A DNA stretch of 64,000 nt from Nanobdellota archaeon (GTDB lineage: Archaea > Nanobdellota > Nanobdellia > Pacearchaeales > GW2011-AR1), in contig JBBSYF010000001.1 of NCBI GenBank assembly GCA_038045405.1, positions 101,175-165,174 of the forward strand, written 5' to 3'. The notes below the pieces were generated by a model. The model worked only from the letters and a program-made list of their open reading frames with translations, made no database searches and was not told the origin of the DNA. Shown here piece after piece: positions 1 through 8,673 of the stretch; position 1 is the first letter of the stretch, and the number at the start of each line of letters is the position of its first letter. Position numbers and translations under genes: made by a program.

Positions 1-1
1 T

Positions 2-253
2 AGTTTAATAGCAATTATTGAAGAGTCAGTTAAGAATAGACACGAAACCCTTGAATATGCAATGATTAGAGATGACTGCTCTTATTTTGGTTTAATGTTT
101 GACATGGAAATGATAGATATAGAGAAAGGAACTAGACTGGATCTGCGAAATCCATCCTCGAAATTGTTAAGTAGGTCAAGATATTGGTTCTTATCAGAAA
201 AAGCAATAAAACTTCATCGCGACTTCGCATACGAAGGTTACTTATCTCACTAA
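2..253 (+). CDS. C-terminal fragment of a hypothetical protein; the ORF is open from the window edge
   Basis: The reading frame is open from position 2 and in frame with the listed 62..253 ORF. I recognise no family. Confidence 0.3.
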   Translation, partial: SLIAIIEESVKNRHETLEYAMIRDDCSYFGLMFDMEMIDIEKGTRLDLRNPSSKLLSRSRYWFLSEKAIKLHRDFAYEGYLSH

Positions 254-284
254 AATGAAAAATCTTGAAGTGATTTGATAATCA

Positions 285-485
285 TTAACTTTGATGTTTA
301 GATTTAGAAAATAGAAAAACAATCAAACCTAGAACAAACAGAGCGAGACCAATACCTGCCATAGAATAAATATTAAAGTCTGGGTTCAAACTAAAATCCG
401 AAGAGAATACTTCTGTAGTTAAGATATTATAAACACTAAACCCCAAACCCAGAATCATCAATACGACCCCTAATCCCTTACTCAT
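285..485 (-). CDS. small hydrophobic (two-TM) hypothetical protein
   Basis: 66 aa ORF with two hydrophobic segments; no recognised family. Confidence 0.25.
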   Translation of the reverse strand: MSKGLGVVLMILGLGFSVYNILTTEVFSSDFSLNPDFNIYSMAGIGLALFVLGLIVFLFSKSKHQS

Positions 486-675
486 CCTGTACTAAAGTTA
501 AAAGATTTTAAAAATGTATCTTTATTTATAGCAAGATGAAAAACCCCCAAGTCTTTTATCTTTCTTTGTTAGCAATTGTTTTTATGATTCTTACCTTTAC
601 TGTTAACTGGCTTTTCATAATTCCCGCATTGGTAATTGTCTTTATCAACCAAAAAAGCCTGATGAAAAAACGAAG

Positions 676-2313
676 TTAATGAAATAATTTTTTCTTCTTG
701 AGAACACAAAAACTCTCTTTTGCAACATAGGCTCCAAGAAAAAACATCAACATTGAAATCCCTGCGAGAAGAAAGTTCCCTTCACTTAGATATCCAGATG
801 GACTGAAAGTTAAATAGACTAAAGCAAAAAGTGTTGTTACCAAAACAAGGACTGCTGGTATCACTATAAACTTAACATTTGTTCTTCTTGAAATGAAAAA
901 TGCTGCAACTCCCATCATAGTTATTGAAGCTATAAGCTGATTTGAAGTTCCAAAGAGCCTCCATAAAGTTTCATAACTGTTTGTTACAGCAATAAGCCAT
1001 GCCGGAATAAGAATCATAAGAGTTACCAAAATCTTTTTCTTTTTTAATTTAGTTATCAAACTTTCTGAAATAATAAATCTTCCAATTCTCGCGGAAGAAT
1101 CAACAGTTGTCAAGATAAACTGATTAACCATTAAACCCCCGATTAAACTTGCTACAGAGAATGTTATGAATGGAATTCCAACCCTGCTCACAATATTTCC
1201 ATAACCTGAAGAGAAAAGAACAATCCAGCCTTTTCCAAGTTCTGTTTGGAATGTTTGCGCTCCCACGCCCCAATTCAAACCAGCAATTGCTACAATTGTA
1301 ACAAAAATTGCTAATGTTGCTTCTAACAACATCCCACCATATCCAACCGCCCTACCATGGGACTCTTTTGCTAGTTGTTTACTAGTAGTTCCTGAAGCAA
1401 TAAGTCCATGGAAACCGGAAATTGCTCCACAAGCAACAGTAATGAAAAGAACAGGCCATAAAGGAAGTCCACTTCCTGAAATGTAAGCAGGAGCATTAAC
1501 TGATGGATGCACAATCAAAACACTAACAATTCCGAGAAGTAAAAGAAGAGAAAGATGTATAGAACTCAAAAAGTCTCTTGGCCTAAGCAAAATCCATACT
1601 GGAACAATTGAAGCTATTCCCGCGTAGATTATTATTATGGTGATTAACACATTTCTTAGCAGTACTGGGCTTAGGAAAGACAGGTTAATAGGGTACATTA
1701 TTCCAGCCCAAACAGAAGCAAAAATGATTATCAAAGAAGCAACAGTCAAAATCTTATAATCCCACTTAACCTTTTCAATACAATAACCAAAGATTATTGC
1801 AACAATATTGATAGTAATCAATGGAATAATCAATTCAGTTTTATTTGCAATACTTTCTGCTGTTGAAACACTAAACACCGTTACTATCAAAACAAGAGTA
1901 ATCACAATCATTACAGCGAACAAAGTTCCTGCTCTTGAATTTAATGTTTTTTTAGCTATGTTAGAAACGCCCTCTGCTTTATTTCTCACAGAAGCAATTA
2001 AGCTTGTGTAATCATGCATAGCTCCAATTAAAACAGAACCTAAAGAAATCCAAAGAACCACGGGAAGCCACCCAAAATAACTCACTGCAAGAATTGGTCC
2101 GATGATTGGTCCTGCTCCTGCAATTGCTTCAAAATGATGTCCTATTAAAAGAGGTTTCTTGGCTGGAGAAAAATCAGAGTCGTTCTTTTTCATAGAAGCC
2201 GGAGTTTTATTTTTATCACTAACCCTCATTCGCGCCTCAATGAATTTTCCGTAAAATCTATACCCTAAATAAAACCATGCAGTTACTAAAATCAAAATCC
2301 AAACGGCATTCAT
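676..2313 (-). CDS. cstA: carbon starvation protein CstA family membrane transporter
   Basis: 545 aa polytopic membrane protein. The N-terminal motif GHHFEAIAGAGPIIGPILA matches the CstA signature HHFxxIAGAGPIVGP. Confidence 0.75.
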   Translation of the reverse strand: MNAVWILILVTAWFYLGYRFYGKFIEARMRVSDKNKTPASMKKNDSDFSPAKKPLLIGHHFEAIAGAGPIIGPILAVSYFGWLPVVLWISLGSVLIGAMHDYTSLIASVRNKAEGVSNIAKKTLNSRAGTLFAVMIVITLVLIVTVFSVSTAESIANKTELIIPLITINIVAIIFGYCIEKVKWDYKILTVASLIIIFASVWAGIMYPINLSFLSPVLLRNVLITIIIIYAGIASIVPVWILLRPRDFLSSIHLSLLLLLGIVSVLIVHPSVNAPAYISGSGLPLWPVLFITVACGAISGFHGLIASGTTSKQLAKESHGRAVGYGGMLLEATLAIFVTIVAIAGLNWGVGAQTFQTELGKGWIVLFSSGYGNIVSRVGIPFITFSVASLIGGLMVNQFILTTVDSSARIGRFIISESLITKLKKKKILVTLMILIPAWLIAVTNSYETLWRLFGTSNQLIASITMMGVAAFFISRRTNVKFIVIPAVLVLVTTLFALVYLTFSPSGYLSEGNFLLAGISMLMFFLGAYVAKESFCVLKKKKLFH

Positions 2314-2363
2314 GCGTGTATAAGTCCCTTATGTTTTATAAACTTAAACATCTTTTATCTTAA

Positions 2364-2783
2364 ATGGAAGATTTGGAAAAATTAAAAAAAGAGAATGAAC
2401 AACTAAAAAAAGAGATTGAAAGATTAAACTCAGCAAAGTTCAAACAAAAACAAGGCATGGTGAAAATGGCTGTTAAGGGTAATCTGATGTCTCGTGCACC
2501 TTTTGGATATAACATCCAAGATGGCAAGCTGATTCCTGCCCAAAACAGAGTAGAAATTGAAGAAATTTTTGAAGAATTTCTTAGAGATAATATCAGTTTA
2601 ACACAACTCTCAAAAAAACATAACCTTTCTGTTAATGGTCTTAAAAAAATATTAAAAAATTTTACATACATAGGAAAGATAAAATTCAACAATCAAGTCT
2701 ATGAAGGAACTCACGAACCTATTATAAGCACTACACTTTTCAATCACGTTCAAAACAAGATTGAGAACTTGGGAATTAGATGA
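2364..2783 (+). CDS. stand-alone recombinase-domain protein, matching the DNA-binding domain of large serine recombinases; there is no catalytic resolvase domain
   Basis: N-terminal coiled coil, then APFGY...LIPAQNRVEIEEIFEEFL...ISLTQLSKKHNL...GLKKILKNFTYIGK...HEPIIS, which matches the Recombinase (PF07508-like) domain pattern. The upstream sequence encodes no resolvase catalytic domain. Confidence 0.5.
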   Translation: MEDLEKLKKENEQLKKEIERLNSAKFKQKQGMVKMAVKGNLMSRAPFGYNIQDGKLIPAQNRVEIEEIFEEFLRDNISLTQLSKKHNLSVNGLKKILKNFTYIGKIKFNNQVYEGTHEPIISTTLFNHVQNKIENLGIR

Positions 2784-2827
2784 GCCAATAATTACATTCT
2801 ACATCAGATTTCTTTTTATACCCCTTC

Positions 2828-3400
2828 TTGTTAATTATTTTGTCTATGGAAAAAAGAGAGTGTCTTTACGTAGGAGCAGATGATTCTAATCATGCGGGCG
2901 ATACAAAAGGAGAAATAATTGTTGCAACTTTTTCTTTTGATAGGAACGACTCCCTCGTTCGCAATTTTCCCAACACACGTGATTTGAAAGCAGTTGCAGA
3001 GTGGTTAAAACTTCCTGAAAGAGATTATCTATTTTCACTTCTTACTTCAGACTCATACAGACACTCTGGCCAAAATCTTATTGAGGTTATTCCTTATTTA
3101 GTTGACTTTTATCTTGATAAAAATTCCGTTCAAGTTGGAAACTTGAACGTTTATCTTGATGGCAGACTAGACGGTGGCGCACGGGATCACATCAAAAAAC
3201 ATTTTATGGAAAAACATGGAATAGAAAATGTAGTGGTTGACAACTTTATCAAAAAAACAAAAAATACCAAGGGAAGAATTGAAAAACACCCCCACTGTCC
3301 AACTTTAGTCTATAACGCAGATGTGATTGCAAATTCTCTTTACAGACAGAATACTGCCGAACAACTTTTTACACACGGAAAGTTTATCCCACTGAAATAA
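2828..3400 (+). CDS. hypothetical protein
   Basis: 190 aa ORF with a plausible internal start (MEKREC, near 2846). I assign no family. It sits next to the recombinase-domain relic. Confidence 0.35.
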   Translation: MLIILSMEKRECLYVGADDSNHAGDTKGEIIVATFSFDRNDSLVRNFPNTRDLKAVAEWLKLPERDYLFSLLTSDSYRHSGQNLIEVIPYLVDFYLDKNSVQVGNLNVYLDGRLDGGARDHIKKHFMEKHGIENVVVDNFIKKTKNTKGRIEKHPHCPTLVYNADVIANSLYRQNTAEQLFTHGKFIPLK

Positions 3401-3802
3401 CTATCTGAAAGAACTCTGTCGCTTACTTCTTGCCTTTGAATCTCCAGGTTTATAAGCTTCTTTTCTTCGAACATCTGCAACAAGAAGATTTCTGTCATAT
3501 TCGGTAAAAGCCTCTTCTAATTCTTTACTCTTGGTGAAAGCTACAATTGCCCTTGCAAGTGCAAGTCTCGATGCCTCCACTTGCCCCTTTTCTCCCCCGC
3601 CCTTAACGTTTATTGCAACATCAAAGTTTGGCTTACCAGTTACATTAACTGCAATTCTAAGTGGCTCCTCAATTTTAAGTCGGTCCAAAATTTGAAGTGT
3701 TTCATATGGTTTTTTGTTTATTGTAACTCTTCCAGAACCTTCAGTAGCTACTGCTCTTGCTACTGCTCTTTTCCTTTTTCCAGAGGTTATAATTTTTATC
3801 AT
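3401..3802 (-). CDS. rps9: 30S ribosomal protein S9 (uS9)
   Basis: GKRKRAVAR...KGGG..GQ..A..LA.ARA with a C-terminal SKRQSSFR tail. It ends in TAG. Confidence 0.9.
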   Translation of the reverse strand: MIKIITSGKRKRAVARAVATEGSGRVTINKKPYETLQILDRLKIEEPLRIAVNVTGKPNFDVAINVKGGGEKGQVEASRLALARAIVAFTKSKELEEAFTEYDRNLLVADVRRKEAYKPGDSKARSKRQSSFR

Positions 3803-4191
3803 TTTTTAATTTCTCCAACAGTAATGAATTTGCTTGTTACTTCTTTTCCACCAGAGATTTTTTTAACGCCCTGGAATTCTTTAGGAACTCCTACATAACA
3901 TCTTATTTTTCCAAACGCGATTTTACCTCTTCCCTTTCTGTGATCCGGGAGCATTCCTCTAATTGCTCTTTTCACAATTTTATCAGAACTTCTTGAAATT
4001 TTTGGGCCCATTTGTCCACTTCCAATTCTTGTTCTCTTCTCATCAAAGTCTGCCTTTATGCTTGCTCTACTTCCTGTGATTATAACTTGCTCACAATTCA
4101 AGATTACAATATCTTCACCAATAAGGGCTTGTTTAGCAGCATAGCTAGCAAGTCTTCCCATTACTGCATCTTTCCCATCAATTACTTTCAT
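3799..4191 (-). CDS. rpl13: 50S ribosomal protein L13 (uL13)
   Basis: GRLAS.AAK..L.GE.IV..N.E...ITG pattern; the ORF overlaps rps9 by 4 nt and ends in TGA. Confidence 0.9.
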   Translation of the reverse strand: MKVIDGKDAVMGRLASYAAKQALIGEDIVILNCEQVIITGSRASIKADFDEKRTRIGSGQMGPKISRSSDKIVKRAIRGMLPDHRKGRGKIAFGKIRCYVGVPKEFQGVKKISGGKEVTSKFITVGEIKK

Positions 4192-4562
4192 TTTATCAAA
4201 ACCCTCACACCTTTAGCTTCAGGATTCTTTTTAATTTCATCCATTATGCTTGAAATTTGTATCTTTTCTTTTAAGAGTTTTTCTTTTGCCTTTTCCGAAA
4301 ATTTGTAAGCAACAACTCTTATTTTCTTTTTGATTTCTCCTTGAGACAGAACCTTTCCCGGAATAACAACCACGTCTCCCTCTTTCGCCAAGAAGTCTAT
4401 TTGACCAAGGTTAAGATCTATTGATTCTCTTCTAGGGCTGGAAAGAATACTTGCAACTTCAAGCCATTTTACTTTTTTCTTTGCAGCGATTGTAGTCTCA
4501 ACTAATTCATTATTTGTTTTTCTTCTAATCTGACTTTCTATTTTTGTTTTTGTTTTTGTCAT
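4188..4562 (-). CDS. rpl18e: 50S ribosomal protein L18e (eL18)
   Basis: Size, basic composition and its position in the canonical archaeal L18e-L13-S9 cluster. Confidence 0.75.
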   Translation of the reverse strand: MTKTKTKIESQIRRKTNNELVETTIAAKKKVKWLEVASILSSPRRESIDLNLGQIDFLAKEGDVVVIPGKVLSQGEIKKKIRVVAYKFSEKAKEKLLKEKIQISSIMDEIKKNPEAKGVRVLIK

Positions 4563-4689
4563 TTTATCTTTGTTATCTTTATCACTAAAACAAGCGACAC
4601 GTTAGAATTAATCCCGCTAACGCGTTAACTTGCAGGTAAAAATTTGAGTTTTACAGTGTTTATAAAGATTTTTGTTTCCCCTTTTCTTA

Positions 4690-5286
4690 TTACTTAAGAA
4701 GTCTTCGAAAACATTCTGCAGTCAATTTAGCATCAGTAAGAGCATTGTGAGCCTCTCCTTCTTTTATCACCTTCCCCTTTTCAACAACCCTCCGAGTATC
4801 TTTCAACCCGCAAAATTCCATAACACTAGGAAGATTCATATCACTTTTTCCTGTTTTTCCATCTTTCATTTTGAATTGCCCTTTTTTCTCCTTATACTTT
4901 AAACTAGCGAGAGTATGCAAATCTATTGTTCTAACACCTATCACTTCTGAGAATTTGTCTTTAATCCCCTATCGAATACATTTACTCTGTATAAAGATAA
5001 TATCAAAACCGACATTGTGTCCTGCAACTATTCTCTCATCGCATGTTTTACACCACTTCAAAAAATTTTCAATCATTTGTTTCTGACTCTGCTTTTTCTT
5101 GTCTCTTAAGTCCTCTTTTGTTTTTCCGATAACCATAAGAGCCTCTTCAGCAATTTCATCTTCATCGTCTATTCTACTCTCTTCAAGAAATACATTTTTT
5201 GGATTTTCAAACTCGACTGCTCCAATCTGCCAAATTCCACACCTTCCAGTGTCAAGCCCACTTGATTCAATATCTAAGACTATCAT
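4690..5286 (-). pseudogene. DEDDh (DnaQ-like) 3'-5' exonuclease interrupted by one in-frame TAG at 4969-4971
   Basis: Exo I DIESSG, Exo II HNVGFD and Exo III HNALTDA motifs lie in one continuous frame; the two listed ORFs share a frame and are separated only by a TAG. Confidence 0.6.
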
Positions 5287-5309
5287 TTTGTCATTTACCT
5301 ACCAAAACA

Positions 5310-5394
5310 TGCGGGCGAAAGGATTCGAACCTTCGAAGGCACTAAGCCAACAGATCTTGAGTCTGTCCCATTTGACCACTCTGGCACGCCCGCA
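5310..5394 (-). tRNA. tRNA-Leu(CAA), class II with a long variable arm
   Basis: The reverse complement GCGGGCGTGCCAGAGTGGTCAAATGGGACAGACTCAAGATCTGTT...GGTTCGAATCC...CGCCCGCA folds as a cloverleaf with anticodon loop CTCAAGA. Confidence 0.85.
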
Positions 5395-5478
5395 TTAAAT
5401 TAACATCCGAGTATTATTTAATAAATCTTGTTATTGGTCTAAAATTTTCAGAATCTGAGCAAGAATAAGAAAAGTCTC

Positions 5479-6201
5479 TTAAGCTTTATCTATCCCTTTC
5501 TGAACAGAAGTAAGGTCTTTCTTTAAGACTTCAACTGATTTCTTAAACATATCTTCAGGGCTCATCTGCCCGAAACTTTCCAGAGTAATCACAAGTTCAC
5601 TTTTTGTTTCAATTTCTGTCTTCTTTTTCTTTTTTTCTGCCACACCCTCGCAAAAATCAAGAATCTCATTCTTTTTGTTATCAATTATTACTATCTTGTT
5701 CCCCTTCTCCTTTATCTCATTTTCTGGAAAAACCCTTTTTACTTCATCATGAAATTCTTTGTCTAGTGTTATTTCTGAAATATTTCTGTAAAACATTAAT
5801 CCTGGAGAAAACTTTGAATGTTCCGAACCTTTTCCAGCTTTAACAAAAGCAACAAGTTGAAGTTCCTGTCCTTCAGAAAGTGTTGTGATTGGAATGTTTT
5901 CATAAACAACTTCGGGGGTTCCCTTTAAATCTCTAGAATATGCAGATCCTTCTTTTTTCACTTCTAACTTCAATTTACCCTCAGATTTCTCATTAACTGA
6001 CTTCTCAGTTTTTAATGGAATAAGAGCAATTCTATGTGCAACTGCTTCGTCGTACAAAGCAGAATCATTTCTTGAAATTTCAACTTCATCGACGGCCATT
6101 ACCAAAACCTGATTAAGATATCTCCTTATAGAATTTGCAAGAGTTTCGCTTATGTCTGCAGTGAAAACAATTTGATTTTCCGTTTTTTCAACTTTTTTCA
6201 T
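5479..6201 (-). CDS. rpoD: DNA-directed RNA polymerase subunit D (Rpb3 homologue)
   Basis: IRRYLNQVLVMAVDEVEI...AHRIALIPL dimerisation-domain motif; downstream of rps11, as in other archaea. Confidence 0.85.
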   Translation of the reverse strand: MKKVEKTENQIVFTADISETLANSIRRYLNQVLVMAVDEVEISRNDSALYDEAVAHRIALIPLKTEKSVNEKSEGKLKLEVKKEGSAYSRDLKGTPEVVYENIPITTLSEGQELQLVAFVKAGKGSEHSKFSPGLMFYRNISEITLDKEFHDEVKRVFPENEIKEKGNKIVIIDNKKNEILDFCEGVAEKKKKKTEIETKSELVITLESFGQMSPEDMFKKSVEVLKKDLTSVQKGIDKA

Positions 6202-6452
6202 ATTTTATTTGTAGCTCTCCTCACTATTATTTCATATTTGTTACCAACTTCATCTCTGAAGTTAGATACTAGGGTGTAACTCTTATATTTAGCAGTTACA
6301 TATTGAGAACCCCTTTCTAAACTTAAATATCTTGTTCCTCTTCTTTCTTTAATGGGACCCATTTCCATCATTATTTTATCCCCCTGTTCAACTATGGTGG
6401 CAATTGATGCTCTTACCCGGCGTTTTATTTGTTCTCTTGTTTCTTTGTCCAT
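6198..6452 (-). CDS. small hypothetical protein (84 aa) lying between rps11 and rpoD
   Basis: 84 aa ORF tightly coupled to its neighbours: it overlaps rpoD by 4 nt. I recognise no family. Confidence 0.4.
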   Translation of the reverse strand: MDKETREQIKRRVRASIATIVEQGDKIMMEMGPIKERRGTRYLSLERGSQYVTAKYKSYTLVSNFRDEVGNKYEIIVRRATNKI

Positions 6453-6498
6453 ATTAATTTCTTTTATTTTTTGTATTTAAATCTATGTTTATTTTTGT

Positions 6499-7050
6499 TT
6501 AAGGTCTTCTTCCTCTTCTTCCACCCTTTATCTTAGGTCCGCCTCTTGGGAAGCGAGTTGTATCAAGGATATTCAATACCTTGAAACCTTCTCTAGAAAG
6601 ACTTTTGATTATTGCATTAGCACCCGGCCCTGGCGCAGGATTCCTTGTTTTTGCTCTTATTCTGAAATATAAAGAACCAATACCTATCTCATGTAAATTT
6701 TCCGCAATTCTTTTTGCTATGAACATTGCAATTGTGGGATTTGCCTTAAGTCTCCCGTGTTTAGTAACCATCCCTCCAGTTACTTTAGCTAAAGTCTTTC
6801 CAGACATGTCTGTAACGTGAACGATAGTATTATTAAAAGAAGTGTAAATGTTTACAACAGCTTCAGCTTTTTTCTTCTCTTTTTCCTTTTTCTCTTTTGA
6901 TTCTCCCTTTTCTGAATTTCCTTCATCCGAGGATTCTTCGTCTTCTTCAGAACTAGTTTCTCCCCCGATTTTAATTTTAGAGACATCTTCTTTTTCTTCC
7001 TCAACAACCTTCCCTTTTTTCTTCTCTTTTTCAATTTTTTCTTCTTTCAT
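6499..7050 (-). CDS. rps11: 30S ribosomal protein S11 (uS11) with a long K/E-rich N-terminal extension
   Basis: Core NNT.V.VTD.SG....GG...KHGRLKA and NP...GPGA..AIK.L...G sequences, preceded by about 60 aa of low-complexity K/E/S-rich sequence. Confidence 0.85.
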   Translation of the reverse strand: MKEEKIEKEKKKGKVVEEEKEDVSKIKIGGETSSEEDEESSDEGNSEKGESKEKKEKEKKKAEAVVNIYTSFNNTIVHVTDMSGKTLAKVTGGMVTKHGRLKANPTIAMFIAKRIAENLHEIGIGSLYFRIRAKTRNPAPGPGANAIIKSLSREGFKVLNILDTTRFPRGGPKIKGGRRGRRP

Positions 7051-7541
7051 TTTTCATCTTCCTGAACTTCGCTATCTTGTTCTTTAACTTTTTTAACTTT
7101 TACCTTAAGAGATATCTTATCTTCCATGTCTACGGGAACAATGTAAGAAGGGCTGTCAATAGCATTCTTTCCAACTAAAACTTTTCTGTGAACAATTAAC
7201 TGTCTTGCTCCTTTTGGTGTTCGTGCCAGTTTTTTCTTCACCAAAACAGTTTGTAACCTTCTTTGAAGATAATCTGTTTTATCTAATGAAAGAACATCAG
7301 GAATTGAATTAACATTTAAACCAATTTCTTTAAGTCTATCGAATAATGCTTTTTGTTCTTCAGGCTTAGCTGAAATCAATTTTTTTGCCTTTTCTCTTAT
7401 TGATTTTACTCTTGCATCCGCTCTCCAGATTTCTCTTTTGTTTTTAAGCCCAAATTCTTCCTTTATTTTTGCTTCCTCTTCAAATCTCGCTTTGTCGAAA
7501 GGTCTTTTTGGTCTTGAATATTGTTTATGTTTTCTTTTCAT
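7047..7541 (-). CDS. rps4: 30S ribosomal protein S4 (uS4)
   Basis: N-terminal RPKRPFD...EEFGLKNKREIWR motif and an S4 RNA-binding domain. Confidence 0.85.
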   Translation of the reverse strand: MKRKHKQYSRPKRPFDKARFEEEAKIKEEFGLKNKREIWRADARVKSIREKAKKLISAKPEEQKALFDRLKEIGLNVNSIPDVLSLDKTDYLQRRLQTVLVKKKLARTPKGARQLIVHRKVLVGKNAIDSPSYIVPVDMEDKISLKVKVKKVKEQDSEVQEDEK

Positions 7542-8128
7542 TTTTTATTTGTAGTAGTTTTAAAATTTTCAGCTTTATTCTCAACTTTATCTTCAGTCTT
7601 TCCACGCTTCTTTATTCCCATACTCTTCGTTTTATTTTTTCTGAAGTGGCTCTTTGTTCTTTGCCCTCTTACAGGAAGATTTGCAGCGTGCCTTATTCCT
7701 CTGTAGCTCTTTATTTTCTTTAATCTTTTAATATCGAATTCTGTTTGTAACTCCAATCCGGTTCCAGTCAAGTGAAGATTTTTTCCAGTTTCAAAGTCCC
7801 TGTTTCTATTAAAAAGAAATTCAGGTATTTTTGGATTTTTTATGAATTCTGTAACCATCTTTATTTCTTCTTCCGTCAAAGAACCAATCTTTCTATTTTT
7901 GTCTATTTTTAACACATGGCATGTGGCGTTAGCTAAACTCCATGAAACACCGTTGATTTTAGTCAGCGCAGGATAAACTTTCATAGCTCCTTCTATGTCT
8001 TCAGACATCAATCTTACCATTTTCTCTCCGTATTTCTTCTCTTCTCTCATCTTATTAGCCATGTACTCTGATATCTCTGGCTTTTGATGAGGCACCTTCG
8101 TTTCTGGTTGTGATGTTTGTTTTTCCAT
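7538..8128 (-). CDS. rps13: 30S ribosomal protein S13 (uS13)
   Basis: SYRGIRHAANLPVRGQRTKSH motif. Confidence 0.85.
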   Translation of the reverse strand: MEKQTSQPETKVPHQKPEISEYMANKMREEKKYGEKMVRLMSEDIEGAMKVYPALTKINGVSWSLANATCHVLKIDKNRKIGSLTEEEIKMVTEFIKNPKIPEFLFNRNRDFETGKNLHLTGTGLELQTEFDIKRLKKIKSYRGIRHAANLPVRGQRTKSHFRKNKTKSMGIKKRGKTEDKVENKAENFKTTTNKK

Positions 8129-8131
8129 TTT

Positions 8132-8668
8132 TTAATTTACAAATAAGTTGTGTCTTTCCACAGATGTTAACTCTTTGATTATTCTTTTTTCAATTGCCCT
8201 TTCTGGATCGGGTAAGTTTTGAATTCTTTTTTTCATATCATCAAAACTTTCAAATGGCTTTTCTTTTCTTTGTTTAAGAATCTCTTGCATATGTTTTTTT
8301 CCTAAACCTGGAAGAAGCTCAATTTGATGCATTCTCTTATTTATTGCTTCTGACTTGTTAAAAAACTCCAAAAATTTAACTTCTCTTTCCTTAACTACCT
8401 TTTTGATGAACTCATGCAATGAACTTTTTGCTGACTCCGTCAATTTTTCCCTTGGTAATCTTCCCAAAATGTAGTATATCTTATCTCTCTTGCCGTCGCC
8501 TATGTAAACTCTCTCCCCTATTTCCAAAGAAATCCCCCTTCTAGGTACAAGTTCAAGCAGTGTCAAATTTAATTCTCCAATTGCTTGAGCCATAGGCATC
8601 ATCTTTCTCTCCAAAGGATAGCCATTTGGCAGATATTCTAAGACTATTGCGTATTCTTCTTTTTCCAT
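8132..8668 (-). CDS. DUF655-family predicted RNA-binding protein with a helix-hairpin-helix
   Basis: N-terminal EEYAIVLEYLPNGYP... and HhH LLPGLGKK; it holds the conserved archaeal position next to rps13. Confidence 0.55.
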   Translation of the reverse strand: MEKEEYAIVLEYLPNGYPLERKMMPMAQAIGELNLTLLELVPRRGISLEIGERVYIGDGKRDKIYYILGRLPREKLTESAKSSLHEFIKKVVKEREVKFLEFFNKSEAINKRMHQIELLPGLGKKHMQEILKQRKEKPFESFDDMKKRIQNLPDPERAIEKRIIKELTSVERHNLFVN

Positions 8669-8673
8669 TTTCT

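Noticed and set aside
62-253. Stand-alone 63-aa ORF starting at 62
   Set aside because: The frame is open all the way to the window edge at position 2, so this is the C-terminus of a longer upstream gene rather than an independent small gene.
4563-4689. Possible tRNA in the spacer upstream of rpl18e
   Set aside because: The sequence has GC-rich palindromic fragments (gcgacacgttag...ctaacgcgt) but cannot be folded into a cloverleaf with a T-loop consensus. It is more likely a promoter or a terminator-like hairpin.
4969-4971. In-frame TAG as evidence of stop-codon reassignment (for example pyrrolysine or an alternative genetic code)
   Set aside because: TAG terminates rps9 at 3401-3403. TGA terminates rpl13 and TAA terminates rpl29. 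All three stops are used conventionally in highly conserved genes, so a local pseudogene or an assembly error is more parsimonious.
6852-7034. Lysine-rich 60-aa ORF and other internal or antisense ORFs, e.g. 1808..2011, 3581..3898, 4012..4308, 6581..6820, 6848..7087, 52078..52497, 59387..60109
   Set aside because: They lie entirely within or antisense to strongly supported genes (CstA and ribosomal proteins). They have low-complexity or hydrophobic composition typical of AT-rich shadow ORFs, and no family resemblance.
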